A DNA stretch of 64,000 nt, from positions 10,510 through 74,509 of the forward strand of contig DAOVGR010000014.1 in assembly GCA_030672305.1 (NCBI GenBank), written 5' to 3'. The DNA comes from Thermoplasmatales archaeon (GTDB taxonomy: Archaea; Thermoplasmatota; E2; DHVEG-1). The notes beneath the pieces were generated by a model. It saw only the letters and a list, made by a program, of their open reading frames with translations, searched no databases and was not told the origin of the DNA. The position numbers and the translations under genes are program-made. Shown here one piece after another: positions 1-9,879 of the stretch (position 1 is the stretch's first letter; each line of letters begins with the position of its first letter).

Positions 1-1
1 T

Positions 2-397
2 GTTGATCCCTATAGAACAACAACCAATGATATACAGGCTGTTGGAAGAACCCTTGGGATAGAAGCTGCTAGAAACATGATTATACAAGAAGCTCATAAT
101 ACTTTATCAGAACAGGGTTTAAATGTTGATTTAAGACACATTATGCTTGTTTCAGATGTAATGACTGCTGATGGAACTATAAGAGCTATTGGCAGACATG
201 GTGTAAGTAAAGAAAAGGAATCAGTGCTTTCTCGTGCTGCTTTTGAAATAACTGTTTCTCATTTATTACAAGCCGCCAGAAGAGGTGAAACCGATAAACT
301 CGGGGGTGTTGCAGAAAACATTATTGTAGGACAACCTGTTAACCTTGGAACTGGTGCCGTAGAACTCGTCATGAAAAGAAGTAAAAAGAAGGAATAA
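2..397 (+). CDS. rpoA2: DNA-directed RNA polymerase subunit A'' (C-terminal part; gene starts before window)
   Basis: [23 protein letters not shown] and [11 protein letters not shown] motifs; followed by rpl30e-nusA as in the conserved archaeal operon. Confidence 0.97.
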   Translation, partial: VDPYRTTTNDIQAVGRTLGIEAARNMIIQEAHNTLSEQGLNVDLRHIMLVSDVMTADGTIRAIGRHGVSKEKESVLSRAAFEITVSHLLQAARRGETDKLGGVAENIIVGQPVNLGTGAVELVMKRSKKKE

Positions 398-401
398 AAA
401 A

Positions 402-701
402 ATGGTAGATATAGATAAGATTTTAAAAACTACAGTAAAGAAAGGAACGGTAAAGATTGGTACTAAGGAAACTAAAACATCCATTAACGATGGATCCGCA
501 AAACTTGTTGTTATGGCCAAAAATTTTCCGTACTTTATAGAAATCGATAAACTTGCAAAAAAGAAAAAAATACCAGTCTATAACTTTAATTCAAACGCTA
601 TTGATCTTGGTTATACCTGTGGAAAGGCTTTTGCAGTATCTGTTTTTGCAGTTCTAGAAGAAGGCGGATCAAATATACTTAACCATATTAAAAAAAGGTA
701 G
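402..701 (+). CDS. rpl30e: 50S ribosomal protein L30e
   Basis: L7Ae/L30e-type sequence (GTVKIGTKET, LGYTCGKAFAVS) and operon position. Confidence 0.93.
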   Translation: MVDIDKILKTTVKKGTVKIGTKETKTSINDGSAKLVVMAKNFPYFIEIDKLAKKKKIPVYNFNSNAIDLGYTCGKAFAVSVFAVLEEGGSNILNHIKKR

Positions 702-707
702 TTGCTC

Positions 708-1133
708 ATGGCTGACATAATGCTCTCAAATGAAGAAATGCAGTACATAAATATGGCAAGTAATGTAACTAAAACCTATATCCTGGATTGTTTAAGTATT
801 GAAGATAGAATCATTTTTATTGTTAAAAAAGGACAACTTGGTGCAGCTATTGGTATCAAAGCAAAAAATTTGGAAAAACTTCGTTCCCTTTTTAAAAAGA
901 CAATAAAATTTGTAGAATTTGATGAAGATAAAGAGAGATTTATTATTAATCTTTTTAAACCTTACAAAATAAACAATGTTACATTAGAAGGAGATAATGA
1001 TTCAACTGTTGTTAAGGTCGATGTGGAAGTTAGTGATAAATCCAAAATAATAGGAAAAGGTGGAAGAAACATTGAAATAATCCGCAACCTTGCCCGTAGA
1101 CATCACTCAATTAAGGATGTTCAGATTAAATAG
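708..1133 (+). CDS. nusA: Archaeal NusA (KH domains); ATG at 708 preferred
   Basis: GAAIGIKAKN and IIGKGGRNI KH motifs; operon context. Confidence 0.93.
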   Translation: MADIMLSNEEMQYINMASNVTKTYILDCLSIEDRIIFIVKKGQLGAAIGIKAKNLEKLRSLFKKTIKFVEFDEDKERFIINLFKPYKINNVTLEGDNDSTVVKVDVEVSDKSKIIGKGGRNIEIIRNLARRHHSIKDVQIK

Positions 1134-1197
1134 AATTACTTTAACTTAATCATAATAGTTTTTAAATAGAGCCTATATTCTGGAGTGGGGAGGACTT

Positions 1198-2652
1198 CTG
1201 AGAATAAAAGATCATCCTGTAATTGATTTCAAGGATAAGAGGAAAATCTCTTTTTATTTTAATAATAAGAAGATCGCTGGCTTAAAAGGTGATACCATTG
1301 CATCTGCATTACATGTTAATGGTGTAACAACTCTTTCACATAGTTTAAAATATCATAGACCAAGAGGATTTTTCTGTGGAATTGGGAAATGCTCTTCTTG
1401 TTTTATGACAGTTGATAATGTTCCAAATGTCAGAACATGCATAACACCATTGGAAGAAAACATTAGAGTTCTAGAGCAAGATAGAGTCGGTGAATTGTCT
1501 AATAAAAAAAAATTTAACAGAAAGAGAAAAAAAATTGATGTTGATATAGTAATAGTAGGTAGTGGTCCTGCTGGTATGATGGCTGCAATTACTGCTGCAA
1601 AACAAGGTGTACCATCTATATTATTAGTAGATGAAAATCATCTGATTGGCGGTCAACTTGTTAAACAGTCTCATAAATTTTTTGGATCTGAAGAAGAAAA
1701 AGCTGGAACTCGAGGAATAGACCTCGCAGTTGAGCTTATGGAACAGGTTAATTCTGTTAAAACTATCCAATCCATGCTTAAAACAACAATAATAGGATGT
1801 TATAATGGAAAGAAAAATCATAAATTAATTGCTATTAAAAGACTAATAGAGGGCGATCAACTCATTGAAATCAATTCTAAAAGTGTAATTTTTGCTTGTG
1901 GGGCTATGGAAAATATGTTGGCTTTTCCAGGCAATGATCTACCTGGTGTCTATGGCGCAGGTGGTGTACAAACCCTTATGAATGTCTATGGTGTAAAACC
2001 AGGTAAAAAAGTATTAATGGTAGGTGCAGGAAATGTTGGATTAATTGTATCTTATCAACTTCTACAAGCAGGTGTTAATGTTGATAGAGTAGTTGAAATA
2101 TTGCCAAAAATTGGTGGTTATAATGTTCATGCTGCAAAGCTGCGTAGATGTGGCGTTCCAATATATACCTCTCATTCAATTAAGGAGGTATATGGAAATG
2201 GTAAGGTTGAAGGGGCTATTTTAGTAGCAATTAATAATTCATTTAAACCAATACCTGGAACTGAACAAAAGGTTTCTTGTGACACGGTTTGTATAGCAGT
2301 TGGCCTTACACCATCGATACGTTTGTTAGAACAAATTGGCGCAAAGACAGAGTTTATTGCTGAAGCAGGTGGACATGTAGCAATTCATGATTCATCGATG
2401 CAAACAAGTGTTAAAGGTGTTTATGTTGCAGGGGATTCATCAGGCATTGAGGAGGCATCTACTGCTATGATTGAAGGCCAACTTGCTGGTATTTCAGCAG
2501 CTACATTATTAGGGTATGATAAACAAGCAGATATGTTAAAGAAAAAATACAGAAAAGCACTGGAAGGTTTTCGTTCGGGTCCTTTTGGCATAAAACCAAA
2601 GATATGTAAAGAAAAAATTGCCTGTTGTTGGAATGGAGGTATTAACTATTAA
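1198..2652 (+). CDS. 2Fe-2S/FAD oxidoreductase, proline/sarcosine dehydrogenase alpha-like subunit; probable CTG start
   Basis: Frame is open from 1159 and encodes LRIKDHPVIDF...RPRGFFCGIGKCSSCFM...RTC (2Fe-2S) upstream of the tracked ATG at 1405; GSGPAG and GAGNVG Rossmann motifs; GGAGG at 1189-1193. Confidence 0.88.
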   Translation: MRIKDHPVIDFKDKRKISFYFNNKKIAGLKGDTIASALHVNGVTTLSHSLKYHRPRGFFCGIGKCSSCFMTVDNVPNVRTCITPLEENIRVLEQDRVGELSNKKKFNRKRKKIDVDIVIVGSGPAGMMAAITAAKQGVPSILLVDENHLIGGQLVKQSHKFFGSEEEKAGTRGIDLAVELMEQVNSVKTIQSMLKTTIIGCYNGKKNHKLIAIKRLIEGDQLIEINSKSVIFACGAMENMLAFPGNDLPGVYGAGGVQTLMNVYGVKPGKKVLMVGAGNVGLIVSYQLLQAGVNVDRVVEILPKIGGYNVHAAKLRRCGVPIYTSHSIKEVYGNGKVEGAILVAINNSFKPIPGTEQKVSCDTVCIAVGLTPSIRLLEQIGAKTEFIAEAGGHVAIHDSSMQTSVKGVYVAGDSSGIEEASTAMIEGQLAGISAATLLGYDKQADMLKKKYRKALEGFRSGPFGIKPKICKEKIACCWNGGINY

Positions 2653-3112
2653 ACAATACGAAAAAACCGGTATTCTATCCTTAAAAGATTTAACACTTCC
2701 TAATGATGAGCAATTAAAGAAAGGTGTTGCAATAATAGAATGTGTCCAGGAAATACCTTGTGACCCATGTGTAGCAGTATGCCCAGTTAATGCAATATCT
2801 ATGAAGGATATTAATGATATTCCAAAGATTGATTTTAATAAATGTACTGGTTGTAAACGATGTGTAGGAATCTGCCCAGGTTTAGCTATATTTGTTATAA
2901 AGATAAGGGACGATAATGCATTGGTTACTCTTCCCTATGAATTTTTACCAATTCCAAAAGTTGGAGATAATATAACAGCTTTGGATAGAGCGGGGAAACC
3001 TAGAGGAAATGCTAAAATTGTTAAGGTTAATAGAAGTAATAAGACAACAGTAGTAACAATTGAAATTGAGAAAGATTTGGCAATGGAGGTAAGGAGCATT
3101 TTGCTGGATTGA
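2633..3112 (+). CDS. 4Fe-4S dicluster protein of the dehydrogenase complex (start uncertain: ATG 2633 or ATT 2648)
   Basis: CVQEIPCDPCVAVCP and CTGCKRCVGICP motifs. Confidence 0.88.
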   Translation: MEVLTIKQYEKTGILSLKDLTLPNDEQLKKGVAIIECVQEIPCDPCVAVCPVNAISMKDINDIPKIDFNKCTGCKRCVGICPGLAIFVIKIRDDNALVTLPYEFLPIPKVGDNITALDRAGKPRGNAKIVKVNRSNKTTVVTIEIEKDLAMEVRSILLD

Positions 3113-3117
3113 GAGAT

Positions 3118-3387
3118 ATGAGCGATAAAGTTTTTATTTGTCGATGTGAAGACTTGACTGAGGAAGAAATAAAACAGGCAATAGATGAAGGTTATACAAC
3201 TTTAGAGGAATTAAAATGTAAATTACGTCTTGGAATGGGACCTTGTCAAGGACGAGGTTGTCTATCTTTAGCAAGACGTATCCTTTGTCAGAAAACAGAT
3301 AAAACAACAGAAGAAATAACCTTACCACCTTCTCGGCCTCCTGTTATTCCTGTTTCTCTGGGGACACTAGCAAGTGATGAGAAATGA
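3118..3387 (+). CDS. BFD-like 2Fe-2S protein
   Basis: ICRCED...GMGPCQGRGC...SRPP motifs. Confidence 0.88.
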   Translation: MSDKVFICRCEDLTEEEIKQAIDEGYTTLEELKCKLRLGMGPCQGRGCLSLARRILCQKTDKTTEEITLPPSRPPVIPVSLGTLASDEK

Positions 3388-4541
3388 AAGAAATAGATAA
3401 TAATGCAGACGTTGTAATTATTGGTGGAGGAGTCAATGGCTGTTCTCTTGCATATCAGCTCGCTAAAAAGGGTAAAAAGGTTGTATTATGTGAGAAGAAT
3501 CACTTATGTTCAGGTGCAACTGGACGCTGTGGTGCTGGGATTAGACAACAATGGTCCACAAGAGAAAATATAGAGCTTTCGATTAAAAGTATAAGAATTT
3601 TTAAAGGGTTAGAAAAAGAACTAGGCCAAGAAATAGGTTTAAGACAGGGAGGATATCTTATAATTGTCCATGATAAGAAAGAAATGATGCAAGCTGAGAG
3701 AAATGTTAAAATGGAAAAGGAACTTGGTTTAGATGTATCTATTTTGACACCTTATGAAATTCTTAATGTGGTTCCTATTTTAGATATTAAAGGAATGAAT
3801 GCAATTGGGGCAACATTTTGTCCAACAGATGGACATGTTGACCCATTTAAGACAACTCATGCCTATGCAAAAGCTGCTGAAAAACAGGGAGCTAAGCTGT
3901 ATAAATTCACAAATGTCACAGATATTAAAACAAAGAATAAAAGAATTGATTGTGTTATAACAAATAGAGGTACAATAAAAACAAATATTGTAGTAAATGC
4001 TGCAGGTGCATGGTCAAAACAGGTTGCTGAGAAGTTAAAAATAAAGCTTCCAAATAGACCTTTTAGAAAGGAAATACTGGTAACAGAGCGAGTAAAACCT
4101 GTATTTAAAGCAATGGTTATCTCGTTTAAAGACGGTATTTATTTTAGTCAACAGGATGAAGGGCAGATCCTTGGTGGAATTCCCATTCCCAACGAAAAAT
4201 CTGGTTATTTAACTGTTCCAACCTTTGATTTTCTTCAGCATATGTCCAAAACCTTGACACGTTATGCTCCCACTCTAAAATTTGTAAATGTAATCAGACA
4301 ATGGACAGGATACTATGATGTGACTCCTGATGCCCGACCTATTCTTGGAGAGGTAGAAGGATTAAAAGGTTTTATTCAATGTAACGGTTTCAGTGGACAT
4401 GGTTTCATGCTTTCACCGATGGTTACAAAAATTCTTACTGAATATATATCGGAAGGTAAAAGCTCTGATATATTAGAACGATTAAATATCAATAGGTTTA
4501 AGGGTAAAAAAATAGTTCATGAAACATCAGTTGTAGGATAA
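3384..4541 (+). CDS. FAD-dependent DAO-family oxidoreductase (proline/sarcosine dehydrogenase beta-like)
   Basis: GGGVNG, GATGRCGAG, YDVTPDARPILG and GFSGHGFM motifs. Confidence 0.92.
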   Translation: MKEIDNNADVVIIGGGVNGCSLAYQLAKKGKKVVLCEKNHLCSGATGRCGAGIRQQWSTRENIELSIKSIRIFKGLEKELGQEIGLRQGGYLIIVHDKKEMMQAERNVKMEKELGLDVSILTPYEILNVVPILDIKGMNAIGATFCPTDGHVDPFKTTHAYAKAAEKQGAKLYKFTNVTDIKTKNKRIDCVITNRGTIKTNIVVNAAGAWSKQVAEKLKIKLPNRPFRKEILVTERVKPVFKAMVISFKDGIYFSQQDEGQILGGIPIPNEKSGYLTVPTFDFLQHMSKTLTRYAPTLKFVNVIRQWTGYYDVTPDARPILGEVEGLKGFIQCNGFSGHGFMLSPMVTKILTEYISEGKSSDILERLNINRFKGKKIVHETSVVG

Positions 4542-4556
4542 TAGAAATTGAAAAGA

Positions 4557-5249
4557 TTAACTAACTCTCTTTTTAAATAAATACTTAAAATTTTTCCAAC
4601 CATCTGTAAAACTCTGTAATTTTACTTCTCCTTCACGGGCATATAGAGCAGAGGGTATTTCCTTTGTTTTTATATTTTTATTTGTAAACATCTCAATTTT
4701 TATCTCTTCTGAAAAAGGCATTCCATCGTTAAAATCTTCTAAAGCTTGAATTTTTTCAAGAGCATCTTTTTTAAATATCCACATGCCAGATTGAGAATCT
4801 CTAATATTAATAAGATATAAAATACGTAAAGCAAGAGCAAGTATTAGATTTCCAAAATAATGTTTTATAGACATAGATCCATGTTTTAATTCTGAGAATC
4901 TATCTGTAGTTATAAAATCTAGGTTTTCATCAAGTAATTGTTGAATGTACAGATGAATCCTATCAAAAGGATATGTCGCATCGGCATCACCTGTAACAAT
5001 AATATCTCCCGTTGCCTTTGATAGTCCTGTTTTATAGGCTCTACCATAGCCTTTTCTTTTTTCAATAATTATTTTCGCTCCCTTTTTTTTGGCTATATCT
5101 TGTGTTTTATCTTTAGAATCACCATCAACAATAATTATTTCAAGGCTCCATTTGTTTTTTTTGAAATAATCCTTATTTATTGAATCAATTGTTTTTCCAA
5201 CACCTTTTTCCTCATTTAGAGTTGGTAGAATAACATTTATATTTGTAAT
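4557..5249 (-). CDS. GT2 glycosyltransferase (DPM1-like), about 230 aa; ATT start
   Basis: Manual translation extends the tracked ORF without stops: ITNINVILPTLNEEKG...IIIVDGDSKDKT...GYGRAY...GDADATY...DSQSGM...REGEVKL; in-frame TAA immediately upstream of 5249. Confidence 0.9.
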   Translation of the reverse strand: MTNINVILPTLNEEKGVGKTIDSINKDYFKKNKWSLEIIIVDGDSKDKTQDIAKKKGAKIIIEKRKGYGRAYKTGLSKATGDIIVTGDADATYPFDRIHLYIQQLLDENLDFITTDRFSELKHGSMSIKHYFGNLILALALRILYLINIRDSQSGMWIFKKDALEKIQALEDFNDGMPFSEEIKIEMFTNKNIKTKEIPSALYAREGEVKLQSFTDGWKNFKYLFKKRVS

Positions 5250-5321
5250 TTAAACCACTCCAGTAGAAAAATGTAATAAAGATTAGATTAAAAAGGTTTC
5301 AAAAAAATAAACAAAAAAATT

Positions 5322-5356
5322 TAAAAAAAAAGATTAGAGGGGGATTTATTCCCTCT
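5322..5356 (-). terminator. Hairpin plus oligo-T terminator-like element after the S-layer-like gene
   Basis: Minus strand AGAGGG...CCCTCT stem followed by a long T run. Confidence 0.55.
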
Positions 5357-8300
5357 TATTTTCGTCTGCGTTTTAGTAGTATTAAAGCTACTCCAAGTGC
5401 AATTATCAGTGTTAATAGTTCGAATCCAGGTGCTTGTGCTTTAATTTCTATTGTTGCTGGATCTGCAGCAACGTAACCAGTCATCGTAGCTGTTATCGTG
5501 TATTTTCCGGGTTTTGCAGCTTTTTCTGTTACTTTGAATGTTGCTTGTCCATTTACTGTTGCTTCTGTAGTAACAACTGTACCATCAGCCTTTGTAATTG
5601 ATACTAGTATTCCATTGTTGTTACCATCATCAGCACCTGCTTTAATTGTAAATGACTCACCTACTGATGCTGAAGTCGGAACGCTCATATAGATCTTTGG
5701 TTTATTGATAACTTTGATTGTTACTGTATCAGTATCCTCTCTGTATCCTGCTTTTGTAGCTTTTATTGTATATGTACTATCACTTGTGACTGAAGGAGCA
5801 GTAAAGGTTACCTTTCCAGCAGAATCTGTTGTTGCAGAGCCGATTCCTGAAATCGAAACAGTTGCTCCCTCAACTGCTGTTGTAGTTCCCATTCTTATCA
5901 CTGTAACAGTAAAGTCGCTACCCTCATTTACTTGAGCAGGATCGACACTAACATCAAGCATCCAGTTTGTAACTATTAATTTGGTATCTACAATTCTTCC
6001 CTCTTCTCCAACATGTATATCAATATCTCCAGTTGAAGATGGGGTTATTGAGAATTCAATCGTACCATCCGCGCCAGTTGTACCATTTGTATCTGAAACA
6101 CTAATACCTCGACCGTCTAATCCTACGAATATATCTTCTAAAGGAGTTCCACGTCCCGTAACAGTACAGGTTAAAGTTGTAATTGTACCTATTGATGCAT
6201 ACATTGGATCCGGTGTAACAGTTGGTACTGATACACCAACTATACCAGTTGCTCTTGCCCATTCTCCACTACTACCATCTGTTAATTCTGGTTTAAACCA
6301 GAAAGTTATATTTTGTAATGCTTCTCCAGATGGTAAATGGCTTGCAGTAATATCATTAACTGTTACTTGTCCATTAACAAGTCCTTCATCTTCGTCAAGA
6401 TCTAATGTATCATTTGCTGAATCAGATGTATTAGTCCATGTCATGTTATATGTTCCATCTGTCCATGACATATTTTCAATTCTCAATGTTCCATTTAGAC
6501 GTTCACCAGTTATTTCACTTGTAATTGTAAACGTTGCACTTATATTTTCATCATATGCCCAAATAAATGGTGCCTTGTCACATTCTACATGTGCCTGCTT
6601 TATATCTATTGTTGCGTTATTATCGGTGGTATCAGATGTAAGGTTTTTAGCATATACTGTGAAAATACCTGGTGTTGTAATGTATTCATTTTTTAGTTTG
6701 TAAACGTAATCGTTGCCCATATTAGATGCAGCTATATCAGAAGCCGAAATTGAACCAATAGTTGTCGTCACATCCTCACCATCCTGATCGTATATCCACA
6801 CGTCTATATCTGTATAGTCATCCTCATCAGGAATCTCTGAAGCATTTCCTACATCATCTATCTTTGTTATGTTAATATAGAAATAGCTATATTTATACCC
6901 AGCAAGCAATGTACTTGTACCAGGGCTATCAACAGCTTCAAATGTAATCTTAAGATCATTAACTGGTTTCATTCTTATAATAGCCCATCCATAAACAGAC
7001 GTACCACCAACATATGCCTTCACGAAAACTGATAAGTTTCTCGGAGCTTTGATTTTGGAAAATCCAGCTTCGGTTTGATTGTCCCTTTGTTGAGTGGCGT
7101 TGAAACCTAATGAATACCCATCAAAACCATAGATATCCATAGATACTGTATGACCATCTAAGGGATTCTGCGCAGTAGCAACTTCGCCATCATCGATATA
7201 GTAGAGATATACTTCAGCACTACTGATAGTAGATCCATCAGCATACTGTACTTGTACTGTAAATGTTTGATCTGTACCAATCTCAAATTCGTTTGGTGTT
7301 ACAGTTACAATAGTTCCATTATTTATATATTTAGTTCCGCCAATTGCTAATGTTTCACTGATAGATCCATAGTCCTCCCATGTAGCAGAAATATCAATGC
7401 TTCCACCACCTTGACTCATGGTTGGAATAATTGGGATATTCCAGGTTTGTCCCCCGGTGAATGTAACTCCAGGTATTTTATCAAGTCTGCCAGTAAATAG
7501 TGCATTTCCAGTAATAGTTATGTTCTCACTTGCTTCTTTTTGAGCAGTTGCTCCGCCTGCACCATAAAATGTATGATCTTTTCCAATTATCTGAAATTGT
7601 ATATTTATAGGGGCTACAGTGGATCCTGGGATTGTCGGTAATTCTCCATCATTTAGAGTACCTCCACCATCATTAATCCATTTGAATTGTGCACCAGGTG
7701 CTGAACGAACATGCCAATCAACTGTAGCATTCCATTCTTCATTCCATTCTTTATTAGACTCTACTCTATCACCATTCAAATCGACGTATATATGAGCAAA
7801 CCATGATCCATTACCACCATAGATATGCCAGCTACTCTGATTTACACCCCAGCCGGCACTATATATAAGACAATATCCTGTATTTTGTGAAATAGTAAGG
7901 TTGTTTGTAATATCATTATCATTCTGGTTGTATATTTTTATAGTATAATTCGCAGCAGGTATTGGATTGTCACTTGTATCTTTTATTGAAATATTAACTT
8001 CGCCACTAAAATTCCAATACATGGTATCATTTCCAGCTGAAATTGATGTCATCGGTTCTCCAGGCCTAACTCTAAATACCAGTTCTGTTGCATTTATTTC
8101 AGGTGGATCCCAAGGACCACATATTGAATAGTTCCAGTTATCGCCAGCTGTTATTGGTGAAAATCCTGTACCATATCCTCCGCTGTATCCTTGGTCAATA
8201 CCCTCATCATTATAAAGATACGCCGCACTGCTATATTCATCTAGGTCAGCGTACGCACGTACTGTATAATTACCAGCCATAGTAATATTCAAATAAGTAT

Positions 8301-8958
8301 CAAAGGAGTAAATACCATCAGCCTCATACCTATGAAATATTGTGGAGCCATCTGGTGCTATAAGATCTATATTAACAGGAGTGTCAGGAGTTTCACCAGA
8401 TTGCGTTACAGTAATTGTTTTGGAGGTATTTGTACCAAAATCAAAATCACCCATCGTACTTATATCTATTCCTTCTGAGGTATTAACCCATAAAAAAGCA
8501 TCAAAGGTAAGTTGATCTTCTCCATCTATAGTACTCGGATCACTATCATCAAACACCCACATTCCAGCTCTATCCAAGGTGATCGGACCACTCAATTGAA
8601 CAATACCTGGTGCAGCGCCAACGGTTAATGTTACTGCAGTGCTGGTATCAGTTCTAAGAACTTGCTCAAACCATTCTAATTGCGTTGCATAACGATAACC
8701 CGTAGCACTACAATTATATGCTGGTTTATACAAGAAATATGTTGTAGAAGCCGTCATCCCAGTGGTGTTTATCCTAGGTCTTACTGTCGTATCTGGATCA
8801 TATTCTAAATCAGTAGTTGCATTACCAAAATCGTTGACACCTGGTGTAGTAGTTGGTGGATAAGCTAAAACAGTAGTTTCGTTATTAGTTATCAATACAA
8901 AAACAGATGCCACTAATGCTACTGCTATAAAAGCAGTCAATATTTTCTTACCTATCAT
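5356..8958 (-). CDS. Large surface glycoprotein, probably the S-layer protein, with Ig-like/CarboxypepD_reg-like domains and PGF-CTERM
   Basis: Signal peptide; Thr/Asp-rich with many NxS/T sequons; C-terminus APGFELLTLIIALGVALILLKRRRK; strong SD and long leader. Confidence 0.8.
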   Translation of the reverse strand: MIGKKILTAFIAVALVASVFVLITNNETTVLAYPPTTTPGVNDFGNATTDLEYDPDTTVRPRINTTGMTASTTYFLYKPAYNCSATGYRYATQLEWFEQVLRTDTSTAVTLTVGAAPGIVQLSGPITLDRAGMWVFDDSDPSTIDGEDQLTFDAFLWVNTSEGIDISTMGDFDFGTNTSKTITVTQSGETPDTPVNIDLIAPDGSTIFHRYEADGIYSFDTYLNITMAGNYTVRAYADLDEYSSAAYLYNDEGIDQGYSGGYGTGFSPITAGDNWNYSICGPWDPPEINATELVFRVRPGEPMTSISAGNDTMYWNFSGEVNISIKDTSDNPIPAANYTIKIYNQNDNDITNNLTISQNTGYCLIYSAGWGVNQSSWHIYGGNGSWFAHIYVDLNGDRVESNKEWNEEWNATVDWHVRSAPGAQFKWINDGGGTLNDGELPTIPGSTVAPINIQFQIIGKDHTFYGAGGATAQKEASENITITGNALFTGRLDKIPGVTFTGGQTWNIPIIPTMSQGGGSIDISATWEDYGSISETLAIGGTKYINNGTIVTVTPNEFEIGTDQTFTVQVQYADGSTISSAEVYLYYIDDGEVATAQNPLDGHTVSMDIYGFDGYSLGFNATQQRDNQTEAGFSKIKAPRNLSVFVKAYVGGTSVYGWAIIRMKPVNDLKITFEAVDSPGTSTLLAGYKYSYFYINITKIDDVGNASEIPDEDDYTDIDVWIYDQDGEDVTTTIGSISASDIAASNMGNDYVYKLKNEYITTPGIFTVYAKNLTSDTTDNNATIDIKQAHVECDKAPFIWAYDENISATFTITSEITGERLNGTLRIENMSWTDGTYNMTWTNTSDSANDTLDLDEDEGLVNGQVTVNDITASHLPSGEALQNITFWFKPELTDGSSGEWARATGIVGVSVPTVTPDPMYASIGTITTLTCTVTGRGTPLEDIFVGLDGRGISVSDTNGTTGADGTIEFSITPSSTGDIDIHVGEEGRIVDTKLIVTNWMLDVSVDPAQVNEGSDFTVTVIRMGTTTAVEGATVSISGIGSATTDSAGKVTFTAPSVTSDSTYTIKATKAGYREDTDTVTIKVINKPKIYMSVPTSASVGESFTIKAGADDGNNNGILVSITKADGTVVTTEATVNGQATFKVTEKAAKPGKYTITATMTGYVAADPATIEIKAQAPGFELLTLIIALGVALILLKRRRK

Positions 8959-9132
8959 CTCATTTTCCTCCTAAATTTATATTTTATTCTCTTAGTATAA
9001 GATCCAGTTTTAGACATTATTAGTTCACACCGCGAACTAATTAGAAAGTCCATAAGGCTATCTAATAAATGTATGAACTTTCAGCATCCGTGTCCTCACC
9101 GGACCCTCTTTTCACCCTTAATAATTACCTTC

Positions 9133-9147
9133 TTTATAAAAGTTGCG
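9133..9147 (-). promoter_or_regulatory. BRE/TATA promoter of the S-layer-like gene
   Basis: Minus strand CGCAACTTTTATAAA about 175 nt upstream of the ATG. Confidence 0.6.
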
Positions 9148-9268
9148 TTTTTCCTTATCTTACATACAGGTTTACAAGAATATATATCTGATGAATTACC
9201 TGCATAATCAAAATAATTTTTTCTTTTAAATAATTTTTATTTAATTTTGTTATAATTATATTTTGTAA

Positions 9269-9559
9269 TTAACGATCTTGCGGTGTATTAACCTCATCAA
9301 TTATCTTAATTCCAGCAGAAACCCCATCTATTGAGTGAATAGATGCACCGCATTCAGAAATTTCCTTTTCAATATTTGTATAATTTATGTTGCTACCTTC
9401 AATAGTTATTTTAATACTATCCGTTTCGGCATCAGTTTCTTCAAGAGAAATGGTAACACCTGTGATTCCCTCTAATTCACCCAGTCTCTCAGCCACTTCG
9501 ATAATTGAAGGAGAATGAGGTTTTAATACATCAAGAATTATTCGTCTTATAGCGGTCAA
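9269..9559 (-). CDS. DUF211 family protein
   Basis: IRRIILDVLKPHSP...GASIHSID signature. Confidence 0.85.
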   Translation of the reverse strand: MTAIRRIILDVLKPHSPSIIEVAERLGELEGITGVTISLEETDAETDSIKITIEGSNINYTNIEKEISECGASIHSIDGVSAGIKIIDEVNTPQDR

Positions 9560-9710
9560 ATTAATCTCCAGTCGGCTATCTAAAATCTCATTAATAAGTT
9601 TTTTTACTAAAATTTTGTTGGTTATACTTTCTAGTTTATGTACTATTAATTACATTTCTAATAACAACCTTAACTAATAAATATAACTATGTTTATTTGG
9701 GCTTTAAATT

Positions 9711-9799
9711 CCCGCCTTAGCTCAGTCTGGCTGGAGCGGCCGGCTGTAGACCCTATGGCCGTAACCGGCAGGTCCCCGGTTCAAATCCGGGAGGCGGGA
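9711..9799 (+). tRNA. tRNA-Tyr(GTA) with a 14-nt intron (about 9750-9763)
   Basis: CCCGCC/GGCGGG-A acceptor stem, GCCGG/CCGGC anticodon stem, CT-GTA-G loop, GGTTCAAATCC T arm. Confidence 0.93.
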
Positions 9800-9879
9800 T
9801 TCATATACTTTTTATCTACTATTATGATACATTAATCAATCTCTAAATAATAGTGTAATTAACATAAAAAAGGACAACT

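Noticed and set aside
4557-5249. GT2, tiaS and dehydrogenase alpha as truncated pseudogenes
   Set aside because: The frames are open and conserved through the expected N-termini; only the start codons are atypical
5498-6703. Long antisense ORFs (also 29814-30446, 39075-39614, 63268-63801 and others)
   Set aside because: They are shadows of well-supported genes on the opposite strand, with no motifs or SD
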